DNA of 64,000 bases from Selaginella moellendorffii (taxonomy: Eukaryota; Plantae; Lycopodiophyta), in assembly GCF_000143415.4 (NCBI RefSeq), contig NW_003314277.1, forward strand, positions 1,625,185 to 1,689,184, given 5' to 3'. The first letter of the stretch is position 1, and each line of letters begins with the position of its first letter. Under the pieces are notes generated by a model. The model saw only the letters and a program-made list of their open reading frames with translations, was not told the DNA's origin and did no database searches. Of this stretch, positions 27,584 through 39,489 are shown in pieces. The position numbers and the translations under genes are program-made.

Positions 27584-30042
27584 ATGGACCTCAATGAGGC
27601 GGAGCTGCATTTGCTGGAGCGGCCACTCTATCTCACCCCGACCTGGGCCGTATCGGTGGTTTGCACTGGATTCGTCATCGTCTCGCTCGGCGCGGAGCGA
27701 TCCATCCATTGTCTTGGCAATGTAAGTCGCGAGCAATGGATTTCTTATGCTTTCTTTCTCGATTTGTTTGTGTTGCCGCATTTAATGCCTGTTTTCTCCC
27801 TGTTTGTTCGTGACCATGTCGCGGCAGCGATCGTTTTTCTAATAAATTTTCTACTGCTTGCGACTTCTTTTTTGATCGAGATCTTTGATCTTTGCTCGAT
27901 ATTTTTTCTTTGGCAGTGGCTCAAGAGGACTAAACGAAAGCCTTTGCTTCATGCCCTCGAAAAAATAAGAGATGGTATAGCCTACGTGATCTCCTCGTTT
28001 GGTTGATATCACATTGTAATGTTTTTCTTGCTTTACAGAACTTATGGTCCTGGGATTTATTTCTCTCGTTCTCACTGTCACACAGAACTACATATCGCAG
28101 TTCTGTGTGGATTCCAGTTTCTACGACAGAATGCCTACACCATGCAAGCGAGAGTCGAGCAGCCACGAGATGGAAGGCAGCATTCACGCGGCGATGCTCG
28201 GGAACCTCAATCCCAGGCGACAACTGAATTCTCGTTTCGGGATCACTTGTGTGCACAAGGTGAGGATCGAGTAAAACCCTCGGAACTTCTCATGATTTTC
28301 GATGCAGGGGAAAGAACCATTTGTGTCGTTTGAAAGCCTCGAGCAGCTTCACCGTTTTATTTTTGTTTTGGGAGTGACTCATGTAGTGTACAGCTGCTTA
28401 ACTATGCTGCTCGCTCTGATGAAGGTGCTTAACTTTGTGAGTTTCGTTTCTGTTAATGGTCTGACTTACTTCCAAGATAGATATATAGCTGGAGTTCCTG
28501 GGAAAACGAAGCTCACGCCGAAAGCCATGACAGTCTTAGTGGTAGAGTATGTCCTGCTTTTCTTGACTAGTAACAGCGTTCTTCTTTTGTTTCAGAAATA
28601 ACGAAGACACTGACTCTCAGACGGCAATCCACATTTGTGCTTTATCATACTTCCAGCAGATGGAGCAGAAACAAGCTGCTAGTGTGGATCGTATGTGAAA
28701 CCAATCTAGTCAGTCTTGTGACTTTTTCTAATTGCATACTTTCCTGCAGGTTTGTTTTCTTCGACAATTTGGACAGTCGGTGACACGAGCCGACTATTTG
28801 ACTTTGCGCTTAGGCTTCATAACTGTAAGGCCAAGATTAACCGGTTTCATGATACTCAGCTGGGTTATCTCATACAGAATCATCACACGGGAACATCGTA
28901 TGATTTTCATAGCTACATGATACGAACTGTAGAAGACGAATTCAAAGAGATTGTGGGCATAAGGTAAAAAATCCTGTTGTTGTTTGTCCTTGCTCAGGCT
29001 TTCTGTAATGCAGCTTCCCCTTGTGGATATTTGTGATTGTTTTTATGCTAATCAACGTACATGGTAAGTTTCTCCATTGCTGTCATGTCTAAACTTTACG
29101 TTTGTAACAACAGGTGTAAACTTGTACTTCTGGTTTGCGTTTCTGCCAGTGATTGTAAGTATTCTCACCAGCCCGAGCTTTATAATGTAACAAGTGATGA
29201 TTTGCAGCTGGTAATTCTTGTTGGAGCAAAGCTCCAGCACATCATTGCAACGCTTGCTCTGGAAAATGCTGGTATTCGCGGTCGTTACATTGGCCAGGCA
29301 TTGAAGCCTCGGGACAATCTATTTTGGTTCAGTAAGCCGGAACTTCTACTCTTCCTTATCCACTTCGTACTTTTCCAGGTCCGTGATAAGGTTTCTTCTG
29401 GTATGTTTTGTAACTTTGTATTTCCTTGGTCCAGAATGCATTTGAGCTTGCAACGTTTCTTTGGACTCTGGTAACATTTGCTGTGTTGAGATTTGCAGTT
29501 TACATTTTGGCGAGTTTTTTGCAGTGGCAATTTGGATACGAGTCTTGTCTCATGGCTGATCAAGCGTATAAGAAATACATCTACGTATATGCTCGCTTGA
29601 TTTCGGGGTAAGGCACTCGAATAAAAAACAGCCTGACGCTTAAATTTGCTATGGCAGGGTCTTTGCACAGTTCCTATGTAGCTACAGCACCTTGCCCCTC
29701 TATGCTCTCGTCACTCAGGTAGCTTTCCTTAAATTTTTTCCTGATCGAGTGTATACAGCAATGGAAGAAGCAACGCGTTGACTCATCAAATTGTGGATGC
29801 AGATGGGTACAAACTACAAAAAGACAATATTCCAGGAAAGTATTGTGCACTCGCTAAACGTCTGGCGCAAGTCCGCTCAACAAAAAGCCAGACAAGCAGC
29901 AGCAGCGGAAGACTCTCACAGCAGTGATCACGACCACGACCATGATGAAACCGTCACGGGCAGGCACAAGGTCTTGAAAAGAAGTGGCTACTCGTCTATT
30001 GGGAGGGAGGAGGATGCATTTGTGGAGGAACATCCGTGTTGA
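27584..30042 (+). CDS. MLO: MLO seven-transmembrane protein
   Basis: [59 protein letters not shown] and a C-terminal CaM-binding-like segment. Confidence 0.95.
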
Positions 30043-30528
30043 CAACACATGTGTTTACGAAAAGGTAATGGCTGGTGTTATAGACTTTGAACGGATCGTG
30101 CGTTGCGACTCCGGAGTCACGCCGCTAACTTTGTTTGTGTAACGTTCAACAGGCTGACTTTGAAAAGCTGTAACTCGTTCCAAGTAAGAATGTGAGCTTT
30201 TCTCGCTCGGAAGCTAATCAAACAGATGGTTTCCGGTTCACGAGCAAACGCGCCACTGAATTGACTGTTTACCAGGCCCGATGGAGGAAGAACACTTCTT
30301 CTGTGTATATAAGACACTGGAGGCGCGAGCACTGAACACAACTTGAGCAGTTCTTCATCCGATCGAATCGTATCAGAGCAAGGACAGCGCCTGACAAGAG
30401 ATCCTGGTTTCTTACACAACGATATCATCACTCTCTTGGAACACAAGTATCAGCAGCAAGAACGTATCAGCAAACGTATCAGCAGCAGAAAGAAAAGAGC
30501 TAGAGATTTGTTCCTGGAGCGGAGGAAA

Positions 30529-30831
30529 ATGGCTCACGGAAGGATACTTCTCGCGATCGCGTTCGTGATTTTGATCAGCGGCAGCGTCCACTGCTCCAGG
30601 CTGGGCTCGTTTTCGGTGATGAACCACCAGGCCGAGCTTGGGAGCTCGCTGCAAGGCAGTGAGTCTCCGGGAGGCCCTTCGAAATGTATCGACAGCCAAG
30701 ATGGGAAGTGCCCGGACAGACCGTCGAGCGTGGATCTTCTTAGCAACAGGAAGGCTCAATCCGGAGTTGAGATGCTCGTCAAGGATCAGAGCACTCCCGG
30801 GCAAGGCCCATCCAAGGACAACCGCGACTAA
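30529..30831 (+). CDS. Small secreted protein, candidate peptide-hormone precursor (100 aa)
   Basis: Signal peptide MAHGRILLAIAFVILISGSVHC, TATATAA at 30306, C-terminal STPGQGPSKDN motif. Confidence 0.65.
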   Translation: MAHGRILLAIAFVILISGSVHCSRLGSFSVMNHQAELGSSLQGSESPGGPSKCIDSQDGKCPDRPSSVDLLSNRKAQSGVEMLVKDQSTPGQGPSKDNRD

Positions 30832-32005
30832 ATGCTGAAACATTCAATTGTATATAAAAGAGCCTGAAATTTACACTTAGCTGTCCTAAACGAGTATTCG
30901 GCATTTGTAGGGTTTACGCTGTTCTTGAGCGTTTATCTGGAGCTGCTTCTCCATCTCTGCTCGCTTCTCTGCTATGGACGCGTTGCGATTCGTGCAAACA
31001 AGGCGCAACCACAAGATCAAGGACGCTGTGCCTGTTTTGTGGCTCGGCTAGTGACAACAGCAGAGAAGCAAGTGGAGATGGAAAGGTAGATTCCAGAAGA
31101 TCATCACACCCTGGTAAGTCAAAAGAACAAGCGGCTGGTTTTAAGCTGGATCATGCAAGAGGCAAATCTCAATGTCCATTTCTGGAATTTCGTGTGCTGC
31201 TCTTGTACATAACAGGGTCAAGATTAACTCTTGTTTGAACTAGTTTCGGGAGGTTGCGTTTTTCAGTCGTTTCAGATTTGATTATACCCATGGTTCGCAA
31301 AAATCGCAAACAAAACATTCACACATGGTTTTTGTGTTCCTTTGGGGACAACATAGAATATATTATATACATTATGTATAGGTCGACCTTTATCTTTAGA
31401 AAATTTAAAACCTGTGGTAGATGCACTATAATAAAAAGTCATTAGGAAAAGGTGCAAAGTTCAAGATATTATTTTATGGTTGTAAACAGTAACAAATATT
31501 GCAAAACAATTCATCTAAGTTTGTAATAACCCAGCGTAGGAGACATCTGACGGCCAGCATGGTCCAGACTGTCCAAATTGTCGGCGCAAACACGAAGTCA
31601 CGTTCGATCCACGGTACGAATCGCATATCCCGGGAATCCACAGTAAATCTTACCAGGTGCAATGTATTTACCATGCTTCCCACATATATACGGCTTGCTC
31701 CTCTCTCTAGGTTTTCCGTGCTTCCCCCATATTTGGAGCAGCCCACTCTCGCCCTCTCGTTCCTCCGGGCGCGCTCTAATCTCTTCCCCAGGCAGGCGCC
31801 GGTCACTCAGGTGAGATTTCTTGAAGAAATCCCAGGTTCGACGATTCCAGCCACAAATCTGCCGAAATGTGGCTGCCCTGGTGTCCTTGTGCCTAGATCT
31901 GTGAATTTCTTGCTAGATTTGTGAGCTCCATGCTCGTAGGTAGCCAAATCCTCGGATTCTCGAGCTAAATCTCCCCGCATTTCGATTCCAGGCACGAGCG
32001 GCGCA

Positions 32006-33187
32006 ATGGAGAGCTTCTTGTTCACATCCGAGTCGGTGAACGAGGGCCATCCAGACAAGCTCTGCGACCAGATCTCCGACGCCGTGCTGGACGCCTGCCT
32101 GGCGCAAGACCCCGACAGCAAGGTGGCCTGCGAGACGTGCACCAAGACCAACATGGTGATGGTGTTTGGCGAGATCACCACCAAGGCCAACGTCGACTAC
32201 GAGAAGATCGTCCGCGACACCTGCCGGGAGATTGGATTCACCTCCGACTCCGTGGGCCTCGACGCGGATCACTGCAAGGTTCTCGTCAACATCGAGCAGC
32301 AGTCCCCCGACATCGCCCAGGGAGTCCACGGCCTCGGCACGAAGAAGCCCGAAGAGATCGGCGCTGGCGACCAGGGACACATGTTTGGCTACGCCACCGA
32401 CGAGACCGAGGAGCTCATGCCGCTAAGTCACGTCCTCGCGACCAAGCTCGGCGCCAAGCTCACCGAGGTCCGCAAGAATGGGACTTGCAGCTGGCTGAGG
32501 CCGGATGGAAAGACCCAAGTCACCGTGGAGTATCGCAACGAAGGTGGCGCAATGGTTCCCATCCGCGTCCACACCGTGCTCATCTCCACCCAGCACGACG
32601 AGACCGTCACCAACGATCAGATCGCCGCCGACTTGCGGGAGTTTGTGATCAAGCCCGTGATCCCCGAGCAGTATCTCGACGAGAACACCATCTTCCACCT
32701 CAACCCGTCCGGGAGGTTCGTCATCGGGGGTCCTCACGGCGATGCGGGGCTCACTGGCAGGAAGATCATCATCGACACCTACGGCGGCTGGGGAGCTCAC
32801 GGCGGCGGAGCTTTCTCTGGGAAGGATCCGACCAAGGTGGATCGGAGCGGAGCTTATATCGTGAGGCAAGCTGCCAAGAGCGTGGTGGCGGCGGGGCTGG
32901 CTCGCCGATGCATCGTCCAGGTTTCTTACGCGATTGGAGTCCCAGAGCCGCTGTCGGTGTTCGTGGATAGCTACGGGACTGGGAAGATCCCCGACGCGGA
33001 GATACTGGAGATCATCAAGAACAACTTCGACTTCCGCCCGGGGATGATTGCCATCCATCTGGATTTGAAGCGCGGATCGAACAAGCGCTACCTCAAGACC
33101 GCTGCGTACGGGCATTTTGGTCGCGACGATCCGGATTTTACTTGGGAGACGGTCAAGCCTCTCAAGTCCGAGAAGACTGCTGCTTGA
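32006..33187 (+). CDS. SAMS: S-adenosylmethionine synthetase
   Basis: 393 aa with [19 protein letters not shown] and GGGAFSGKD. Intronless CDS with a 5'UTR intron at about 31811-31991. Confidence 0.98.
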   Translation: MESFLFTSESVNEGHPDKLCDQISDAVLDACLAQDPDSKVACETCTKTNMVMVFGEITTKANVDYEKIVRDTCREIGFTSDSVGLDADHCKVLVNIEQQSPDIAQGVHGLGTKKPEEIGAGDQGHMFGYATDETEELMPLSHVLATKLGAKLTEVRKNGTCSWLRPDGKTQVTVEYRNEGGAMVPIRVHTVLISTQHDETVTNDQIAADLREFVIKPVIPEQYLDENTIFHLNPSGRFVIGGPHGDAGLTGRKIIIDTYGGWGAHGGGAFSGKDPTKVDRSGAYIVRQAAKSVVAAGLARRCIVQVSYAIGVPEPLSVFVDSYGTGKIPDAEILEIIKNNFDFRPGMIAIHLDLKRGSNKRYLKTAAYGHFGRDDPDFTWETVKPLKSEKTAA

Positions 33188-33885
33188 GAAGCCAAGGGAG
33201 GTGAAATTCTTCTTTTTGTTTGTATTACCTCGCTAAAGGTGAATGAATCACGACCGCTGGAATTGCTTTTTTTTTTTTGCGTGCATTTCTTTGGACGGCC
33301 ACGATGGCGCTGTAATCGTGGTGCCACATCAGAGATGTTTGATTACGATCGTGTTTGATTGCGATCGTGTGCCCGGAATCCTTGACTGCAATTCCACGAT
33401 CCTCACAAGCCTGAGGAAGTACAAAATACTATCAAATATTATTGTTGCTTTAAAAGTATCCAATCTTGCCACTGAATTCCTCTGATATAATGACTTGATC
33501 AAATTAACTAAAGAGCTTTAAAAAAATTAATAACCTGAGTTTGCATATTTATTAAATGTTTTTGGTGTTTAAGAAATTTCATAATGTTTATAATTTATAA
33601 ACACGAGATTAATCTTATTGCATATCAACCGTTAGATGGTAGAATAAATTAAAATATACTTCTAGGTGTTTAAAATTTATAAACACAAAATTAATCTAAA
33701 TAAATATCAAGAATATACAAGAATATTCAAACATATTCTTAATCATTTGTTACATTTACGAGTTTCTGACTAAAATTTGAAAATTGAGGAGGCGGGATTC
33801 TAAAACAAACCAACTTGCCTCGGGCGCGAATCTGGAAATAGTCCGCGAGGAAACTCAACAGGAAATTCACTTTATTCCAGCCTGA

Positions 33886-35180
33886 GTAAACGACGAGATC
33901 CTTTTTGTGTGCTCCAAGCTTCTTCACCTATAAGATTGCTCTGATGCCTCCATTCCAATTGATCGACCCGAATGCCATGATGGAATTGGGCGATCGCCAA
34001 TAATTCTATTCTCAATCTTCTTGCAACGAAACAAGATCTCTTCTCCCTCTAATCCCATCGTGATAGAGCGACATCCATGGAGTACTCGATGCTCATCGCT
34101 TTCTTCTGGTCGGTGGAGGGCGTCGCGGCCTTCTTCAAATTCCCAATTCCTCCCGATTTCTATCTCTTCTTCGAGCATCTCCAGCGCAAGATCCTCACCC
34201 GCTGGTCACTCTACCACACCATTACGATTACCTTGCGTTCGTGATGGAAAGTGGCAGAGAGATCGAGAAATCCAGCTGCGACAAGGAACTCCTCACTAAC
34301 ATCTATGACTGGTGGGAGTCCATTCCTTTCAATCCGCCAGCCACATTCGACACAATTGCCATGGATCCGGATTACAAAGCTCTGCTCATGGACGATCTCG
34401 CGAAATTCATGAAAGGCAAGGATTTCTATGCCTCGGTGGGACGAGCATGGAAGAGGGGGTATTTGCTCTACGGCCCCCCTGGAACCGGGAAATCCAGCCT
34501 GATTGGAGCCATGTCGAATTTCACTGGCTATGACGTCTATGATCTGGAGCTCACCAAGGGGTCCAAAACAACCAGAATCTCTGGCAGCTGCTGATTCACA
34601 TCAAGGAGCGCGCGATTGTCGTGGTGGATGACATCGATTGCTCCATTCCAATCGAGAATCGCGAAGAAGACAATGCCCAGGTCCGAAAGTGGAGGAGGAG
34701 GAGGCGAGAAAAGGCGCTAGATCCTGGACAGGACGACAACCAGGGCGTGACGCTCTCGGCATTGCTGAATTTCACGAGTAGCTCATGTGGATGAGCATGT
34801 CCATTCTCCCCGGCCGGAGGAGCGCAGCGTCTAGTCGCGTCACGAAATTCGTGGTGAAGACGAAGATCCGCTCGCTGCCGCAGGTGGACCACAATCCATC
34901 GCTCGTTCGCGGCGTTTCGATCGCTGGCGGCGACCTATCTCAAGATCGAGGATCACGAGCTCTACCCGGCGATCGAATGCCTCCTCGAGAGCGTGAAGAT
35001 GACCCCCGCCTCCGCCGTCCGGCATGGCGAGGATCCCACCGCCGCGCTAGAGAACGTGGTGAAAACCTTAGGCGGATAAGGTGTTGCGCGACGACTATCT
35101 CGATGATAGCGATGACGAGGAGGACGATTACGATGACTATGACGATAATAATGATGAGGACTATGGCGATAATCGGACAA
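33886..35180 (+). pseudogene. Degraded duplicate of the BCS1-like AAA ATPase (37749), including promoter
   Basis: ATG at 34077 matches MEYSMLIAFFW. Has a ~285-bp deletion, frameshifts and a 124-bp inversion at 34777-34900. Upstream sequence matches 37560-37750. Confidence 0.92.
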
Positions 35181-35212
35181 AGTTTACTGCACTGCATTGT
35201 GGAGCAAGGATT

Positions 35213-35517
35213 GATCAGATCGCGAGAGAGTTTGTGATCAAGCCCGTGATCCCCGGATCTTCCACCTCAATCTCTACGCCATCGGAGTTTTCAGTGTTCT
35301 TGGATGACTCTGGAAAACAACTTCGACTTTCGCCCAGGGATGATCGCCATCAATCTGGATGCGGTGTGGATCTAGAACGTCATATCCTGCGCTTGGTGCC
35401 TTCGATGGTGAGCTGCTTACGAAACCTTTTATTTCACTTAAAATTTTTTGTGTACCCTTTTTCAACGCTGGAATTGCTGAATTCTTTTGGACGATGACAT
35501 GCATGTAATGGTGGCCC
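35213..35517 (+). pseudogene. Heavily deleted SAMS fragment (3' CDS plus 3'UTR)
   Basis: GAGTTTGTGATCAAGCCCGTGATCCCCG, ATCTTCCACCTCAA, AACAACTTCGACTT and CGCTGGAATTGCT match 32615-33320 in order. Confidence 0.85.
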
Positions 35518-35547
35518 TAAATTTCCCCTAGTGTTTCTCGGGTGGCG

Positions 35548-37302
35548 ATGATGATTTCGGATCCATCAATGTTGATCCAAAGCCCAGGAGGCAATCTTTC
35601 TTCGTCCAAGGGATGGATCGCTATTTTTCCCTCTTCCAAGGGTTCGATTGGTGGGAGGAGGGGATCACTGGTCGTGGCGGCGGCGAAGATCCACGAGATC
35701 CTCATGCCGAAGCTCAGCGCCACCATGACCGAGGGCAAGGTCGTCGAGTGGACGAAGGCCGAAGGGGACAAGGTCAAGAAAGGGGATATCGTCGCGGTTG
35801 TGGAGTCGGACAAGGCGGACATGGATGTGGAAGTGTTCTACGATGGATATTTGGCTCGCATTGTGGTGGAAAGTGGCAGTTCTGCGGCGATCAACGAGTT
35901 GATCGCGTTGCTCGCAGAGAACGAGGAGGATATTGCCGAGGCGAGGAGAAAATCGATTGGATTGTCATCTCCAATATCTCCAGCTCCAGCTGTGGAAGCT
36001 CCTAAAGTCGAATTTCCCGACGCGCTTCCAGGGGTGGTGGCGGAGGAGAAATCTCTCGTCGCAACTCCTCATGCGAAGAAGTTGGCCAAACAATACAAGG
36101 CCGACCTCTCCAAGATCTCCGGAACTGGGCCGCATGGACGGATCGTCCCAGCTGACGTCGAGGTATTTGCTGGAAAGCCAGTGACGAGCCTGGGCAGTGT
36201 GCTGAGCTTGCAAGGTGTGGGAGCAAGCATCCTTGCATCGCCAAAGGAGCAGGAGGATGGAGCTCTAGTGGCAAATCCATCTCCATCTTCGGGAAAAGCT
36301 GAAGCTCCTCCTCGAATGGATTTCACCGTGCCTTTCACAGGCATGCAGGCAGCAGTGTCCAAAAACATGGTGGAGAGTTTGTCCGTGCCAACTTTCCGGG
36401 TCGGGTGTTCCATCTCGACAACTGGGATTGATGCTCTCTACAGAAAGGTTTGTGACTTCTTTTCCTACGTAACTTTGTTACTTCTTTTGCTAGCTTTTGA
36501 GGATTTTTGCTGCAGATCAAATCCAAGGGGGTCAGCATGTCAGTTCTTTTGGCAAAAGCAGCTGCTTTGGCGCTTGCCCGGCATCCTGTCGTAAACGCAA
36601 GTTGCAAGGAAGGCAAGAGTTTCTGTCACAACAGCAACATCAACATCGCTGTTGCCGTGGCTATCGATGGAGGCCTTATAACTCCAGTGCTCCAGAATGC
36701 GGACAAGGTAAACTCCTCTTTCCCAGATCAGATTTGAGTTTTGCGTTCGCTGTTTTCTCTGATGGCACTGTTGTATAATAGGCTGATGTCTACACCCTTG
36801 CTCGAAAGTGGAAGGAGCTTGTGGACAAGGCTCGTGCCAAACAGCTGCAACCCCAGGAGTACACCACAGGTTTCAGCAAACTCTAGTGTGTTTAAGCATT
36901 GCACAATACGCTTTGACAACCAATTACAGGAACTTTTACAATATCAAACCTGGGGATGTTTGGCGTGGATCGATTTGACGCTATACTTCCACCTGGCCAA
37001 GTAAGCATGGGTTTTGTCGAGTTTTCAGTGAGCTTGTTAAATTTCTTGTCTCCACAGGGCGCGATTATGGCTGTCGGTGCAGCCAAACCAACTCTTGTGG
37101 CAAGCGAGGGTCGCGTGTTTAGTGTTAAGAACCAGATGCAGGTATGAAAACGTCAAGGAATCTTTTGCTCATGAAACTTAAGTGATGGAATTGTCAGGTG
37201 AATGTGACTGCGGATCATCGGATTATCGATGGCGCGGACTTGGCATCGTTCCTCGATACATTCTCCAAAATCGTTGAGAATGCAATGGAGCTGACGCTGT
37301 GA
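35548..37302 (+). CDS. LTA2: Plastid pyruvate dehydrogenase E2 (dihydrolipoamide acetyltransferase)
   Basis: Transit-like N-terminus, lipoyl motif VESDKADM, E3-binding ATPHAKKLA...GTGPHGRI, TISNLGMFG and catalytic ADHRIIDG. Confidence 0.93.
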
Positions 37303-37748
37303 TCAAAGTTTTGTCTTTTAAACTGATTTCTGATTCTCTTGATCCACACGCCTACCTAATCGACCATTTTGTAGCATTTGTCCGCCACTGGAACGATTCT
37401 TTTCGTCGATCACTACACTGGCTCGATGTGCCAATCAGCACTGCCTACGCGCTACAAAACATGAGGTACGAATATCTGAGTTTGATCCCTATGCGAAGAT
37501 GAAATTAACATAATAAGAAAAGCAAGTCCGGCGCCGAAAGAGTTTACTTTGTTTGACAAGTAAACAGTGAAGAGGACGAAGATTCGTTGGACGTTCCATT
37601 TGTGTGCTGTCCAAGCTTCTTTTCCCTATAAAGTGCGTTCTCCACTCCACCATTGGAATTGGGCGATCGCCGAGGTCAAGCCGAGTGATAGATTTCTTCT
37701 CTCTCTTCCAATCCACTCGTTCATACTTGGAGAGCGAGAGAGAGATCC

Positions 37749-39194
37749 ATGGAGTACTCGATGCTCATCGCATTCTTCTGGTCCGTGGTGGGCGTCGCCG
37801 CCGCGCTCAAAACCCTAGTCCCCCCCGATTTCTATCGCTTCCTCGAGGATCTCCGCCGCAAGATCCTCCACCGCTGGTCACTCTACCACAGCATTACAAT
37901 CAGCGAGCGCAGCGGCGCCGGAAGCAACGATCTCTACACCTACGCCGCCCTCTACTCGTCCAGCCTCAAGAACAGGGCCGACGCGCTCACCGCCGAGTGC
38001 CCTAGAAACGCCAAGAAGCTCACATTCACCATCGCCACTGGCCAGCAGGTCTTCGACGAATTCCGGGGCGCCAGGATAGTTTGGGAGCTCCAGACGATCG
38101 TGAGCGAGGGAATGTATCGCAGGGAGGAGCAGCGATTCCTCCATCTAACAGTCCCCAAAGCCGATCGAGGTCTAGTGCCCGATTACCTCGAGTTCGTCAT
38201 GGAAAGGGGCAGAGAGATCGAGAAATTGGGCTGCGAGAAGGAGCTCCACACGAACATCTACGAGTCGTGGGAGTCCATCCCTTTCAATCCGCCCCCCACA
38301 TTCGACACGATCGCCATGGATCCGGATTACAAAGCCCTGCTCATGGAGGATCTCACGAGATTCATGAAAGGCAAGGATTTCTATGCTGGGGTGGGGCGAG
38401 CGTGGAAGAGGGGGTATTTGCTCTACGGCCCCCCTGGAACCGGGAAATCGAGCCTGATTGGAGCCATGTCGAACTTCACTGGCTATGACGTCTACGATCT
38501 GGAGCTCACCAAGGTCCGGAGCAACCAGGAGCTCCGGCAGCTGCTGATTCACGTCAAGGATCGCGCGATTATCGTGGTGGAGGACATCGATTGCTCCATT
38601 CCAATCGAGAATCGTCGCAAGAACAAGAAGAAGAAGAAGAAGAACAAGGACAAGGAGGACGAAGGAAATATCTCCAAGATCCAAAAGAGGAGGAGGAGGA
38701 GGAGAGAGAGGGCGCTAGATCCAGAGGATCAGGGCGTGACACTCTCGGGATTGCTGAATTTCACGGATGGATTGTGGTCCTCGTGCGGCAGAGAGCGGAT
38801 CTTCGTCTTCACCACGAATTTCGTGAAGCGATTGGACGCTGCGCTCCTGCGGCCGGGGAGAATGGACATGCACATCCACATGAGCTACTGCTCGTTCGCG
38901 GCATTTCGATCGCTGGCGGCGACCTATCTCAAGATCGAGGATCACGAGCTCTACCCGGCGATCGAAGGCCTGATCGCGAGCGTGAAGATGACCCCGGCCT
39001 CCGCCGTCGAGACGCTACTCCGTCATGGCCAGGATCACACCGCGGCGCTGGAGAATGTGGTGAAAACCCTAGCGGACAAGGTGTCGCAGGGCGACGATCT
39101 CGACGACAACGAAGACGAGGAGGACGATTCCAGCCTCTGCAGCAGCGGCAGCGACAGCGACAGCGACGATAATGACGATAATAATCAGGATTAG
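37749..39194 (+). CDS. Plant BCS1-like AAA+ ATPase (481 aa, intronless)
   Basis: N-terminal TM anchor, WKRGYLLYGPPGTGKS, VEDIDC, TLSGLLNFTDG, DAALLRPGRMD and an acidic tail. Confidence 0.95.
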   Translation: MEYSMLIAFFWSVVGVAAALKTLVPPDFYRFLEDLRRKILHRWSLYHSITISERSGAGSNDLYTYAALYSSSLKNRADALTAECPRNAKKLTFTIATGQQVFDEFRGARIVWELQTIVSEGMYRREEQRFLHLTVPKADRGLVPDYLEFVMERGREIEKLGCEKELHTNIYESWESIPFNPPPTFDTIAMDPDYKALLMEDLTRFMKGKDFYAGVGRAWKRGYLLYGPPGTGKSSLIGAMSNFTGYDVYDLELTKVRSNQELRQLLIHVKDRAIIVVEDIDCSIPIENRRKNKKKKKKNKDKEDEGNISKIQKRRRRRRERALDPEDQGVTLSGLLNFTDGLWSSCGRERIFVFTTNFVKRLDAALLRPGRMDMHIHMSYCSFAAFRSLAATYLKIEDHELYPAIEGLIASVKMTPASAVETLLRHGQDHTAALENVVKTLADKVSQGDDLDDNEDEEDDSSLCSSGSDSDSDDNDDNNQD

Positions 39195-39331
39195 CATAAC
39201 ACTTAGTTTTTGACAGTGACTGGCCGCATTATTGTGACAAAAGTTGGAAGAAAAATCTTTCCACGTTTTTTTTTTCTATCATGTGCTGTGGTCTTTGTGT
39301 AGACTGTGCAATGTGATTGCAAACATAACAT

Positions 39332-39405
39332 GGCCGCGTAGCGCAGTGGATTAGCGCGTCAGACTTCGGATCTGAAGGTCGTGGGTTCGAATCCCACCGT
39401 GGTCG
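39332..39405 (+). tRNA. trnR-UCG: tRNA-Arg(UCG)
   Basis: Acceptor stem GGCCGCG/CGTGGTC, anticodon arm TCAGA-CTTCGGA-TCTGA, T-loop GGTTCGAATCC, T-runs downstream. Confidence 0.95.
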
Positions 39406-39489
39406 CATTTCTTCTACTTTTATGAACTTTTTCTTTTTGGTGGTTTTAGGGTTTTTATTTTCTGTGGTTTTAGGGTTCCTGGATGAGCG

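Noticed and set aside
31807-33115. Long antisense and alternate-frame ORFs over SAMS (likewise over AAA, PUB and PPR)
   Set aside because: Expected shadow ORFs from high GC3 codon bias.
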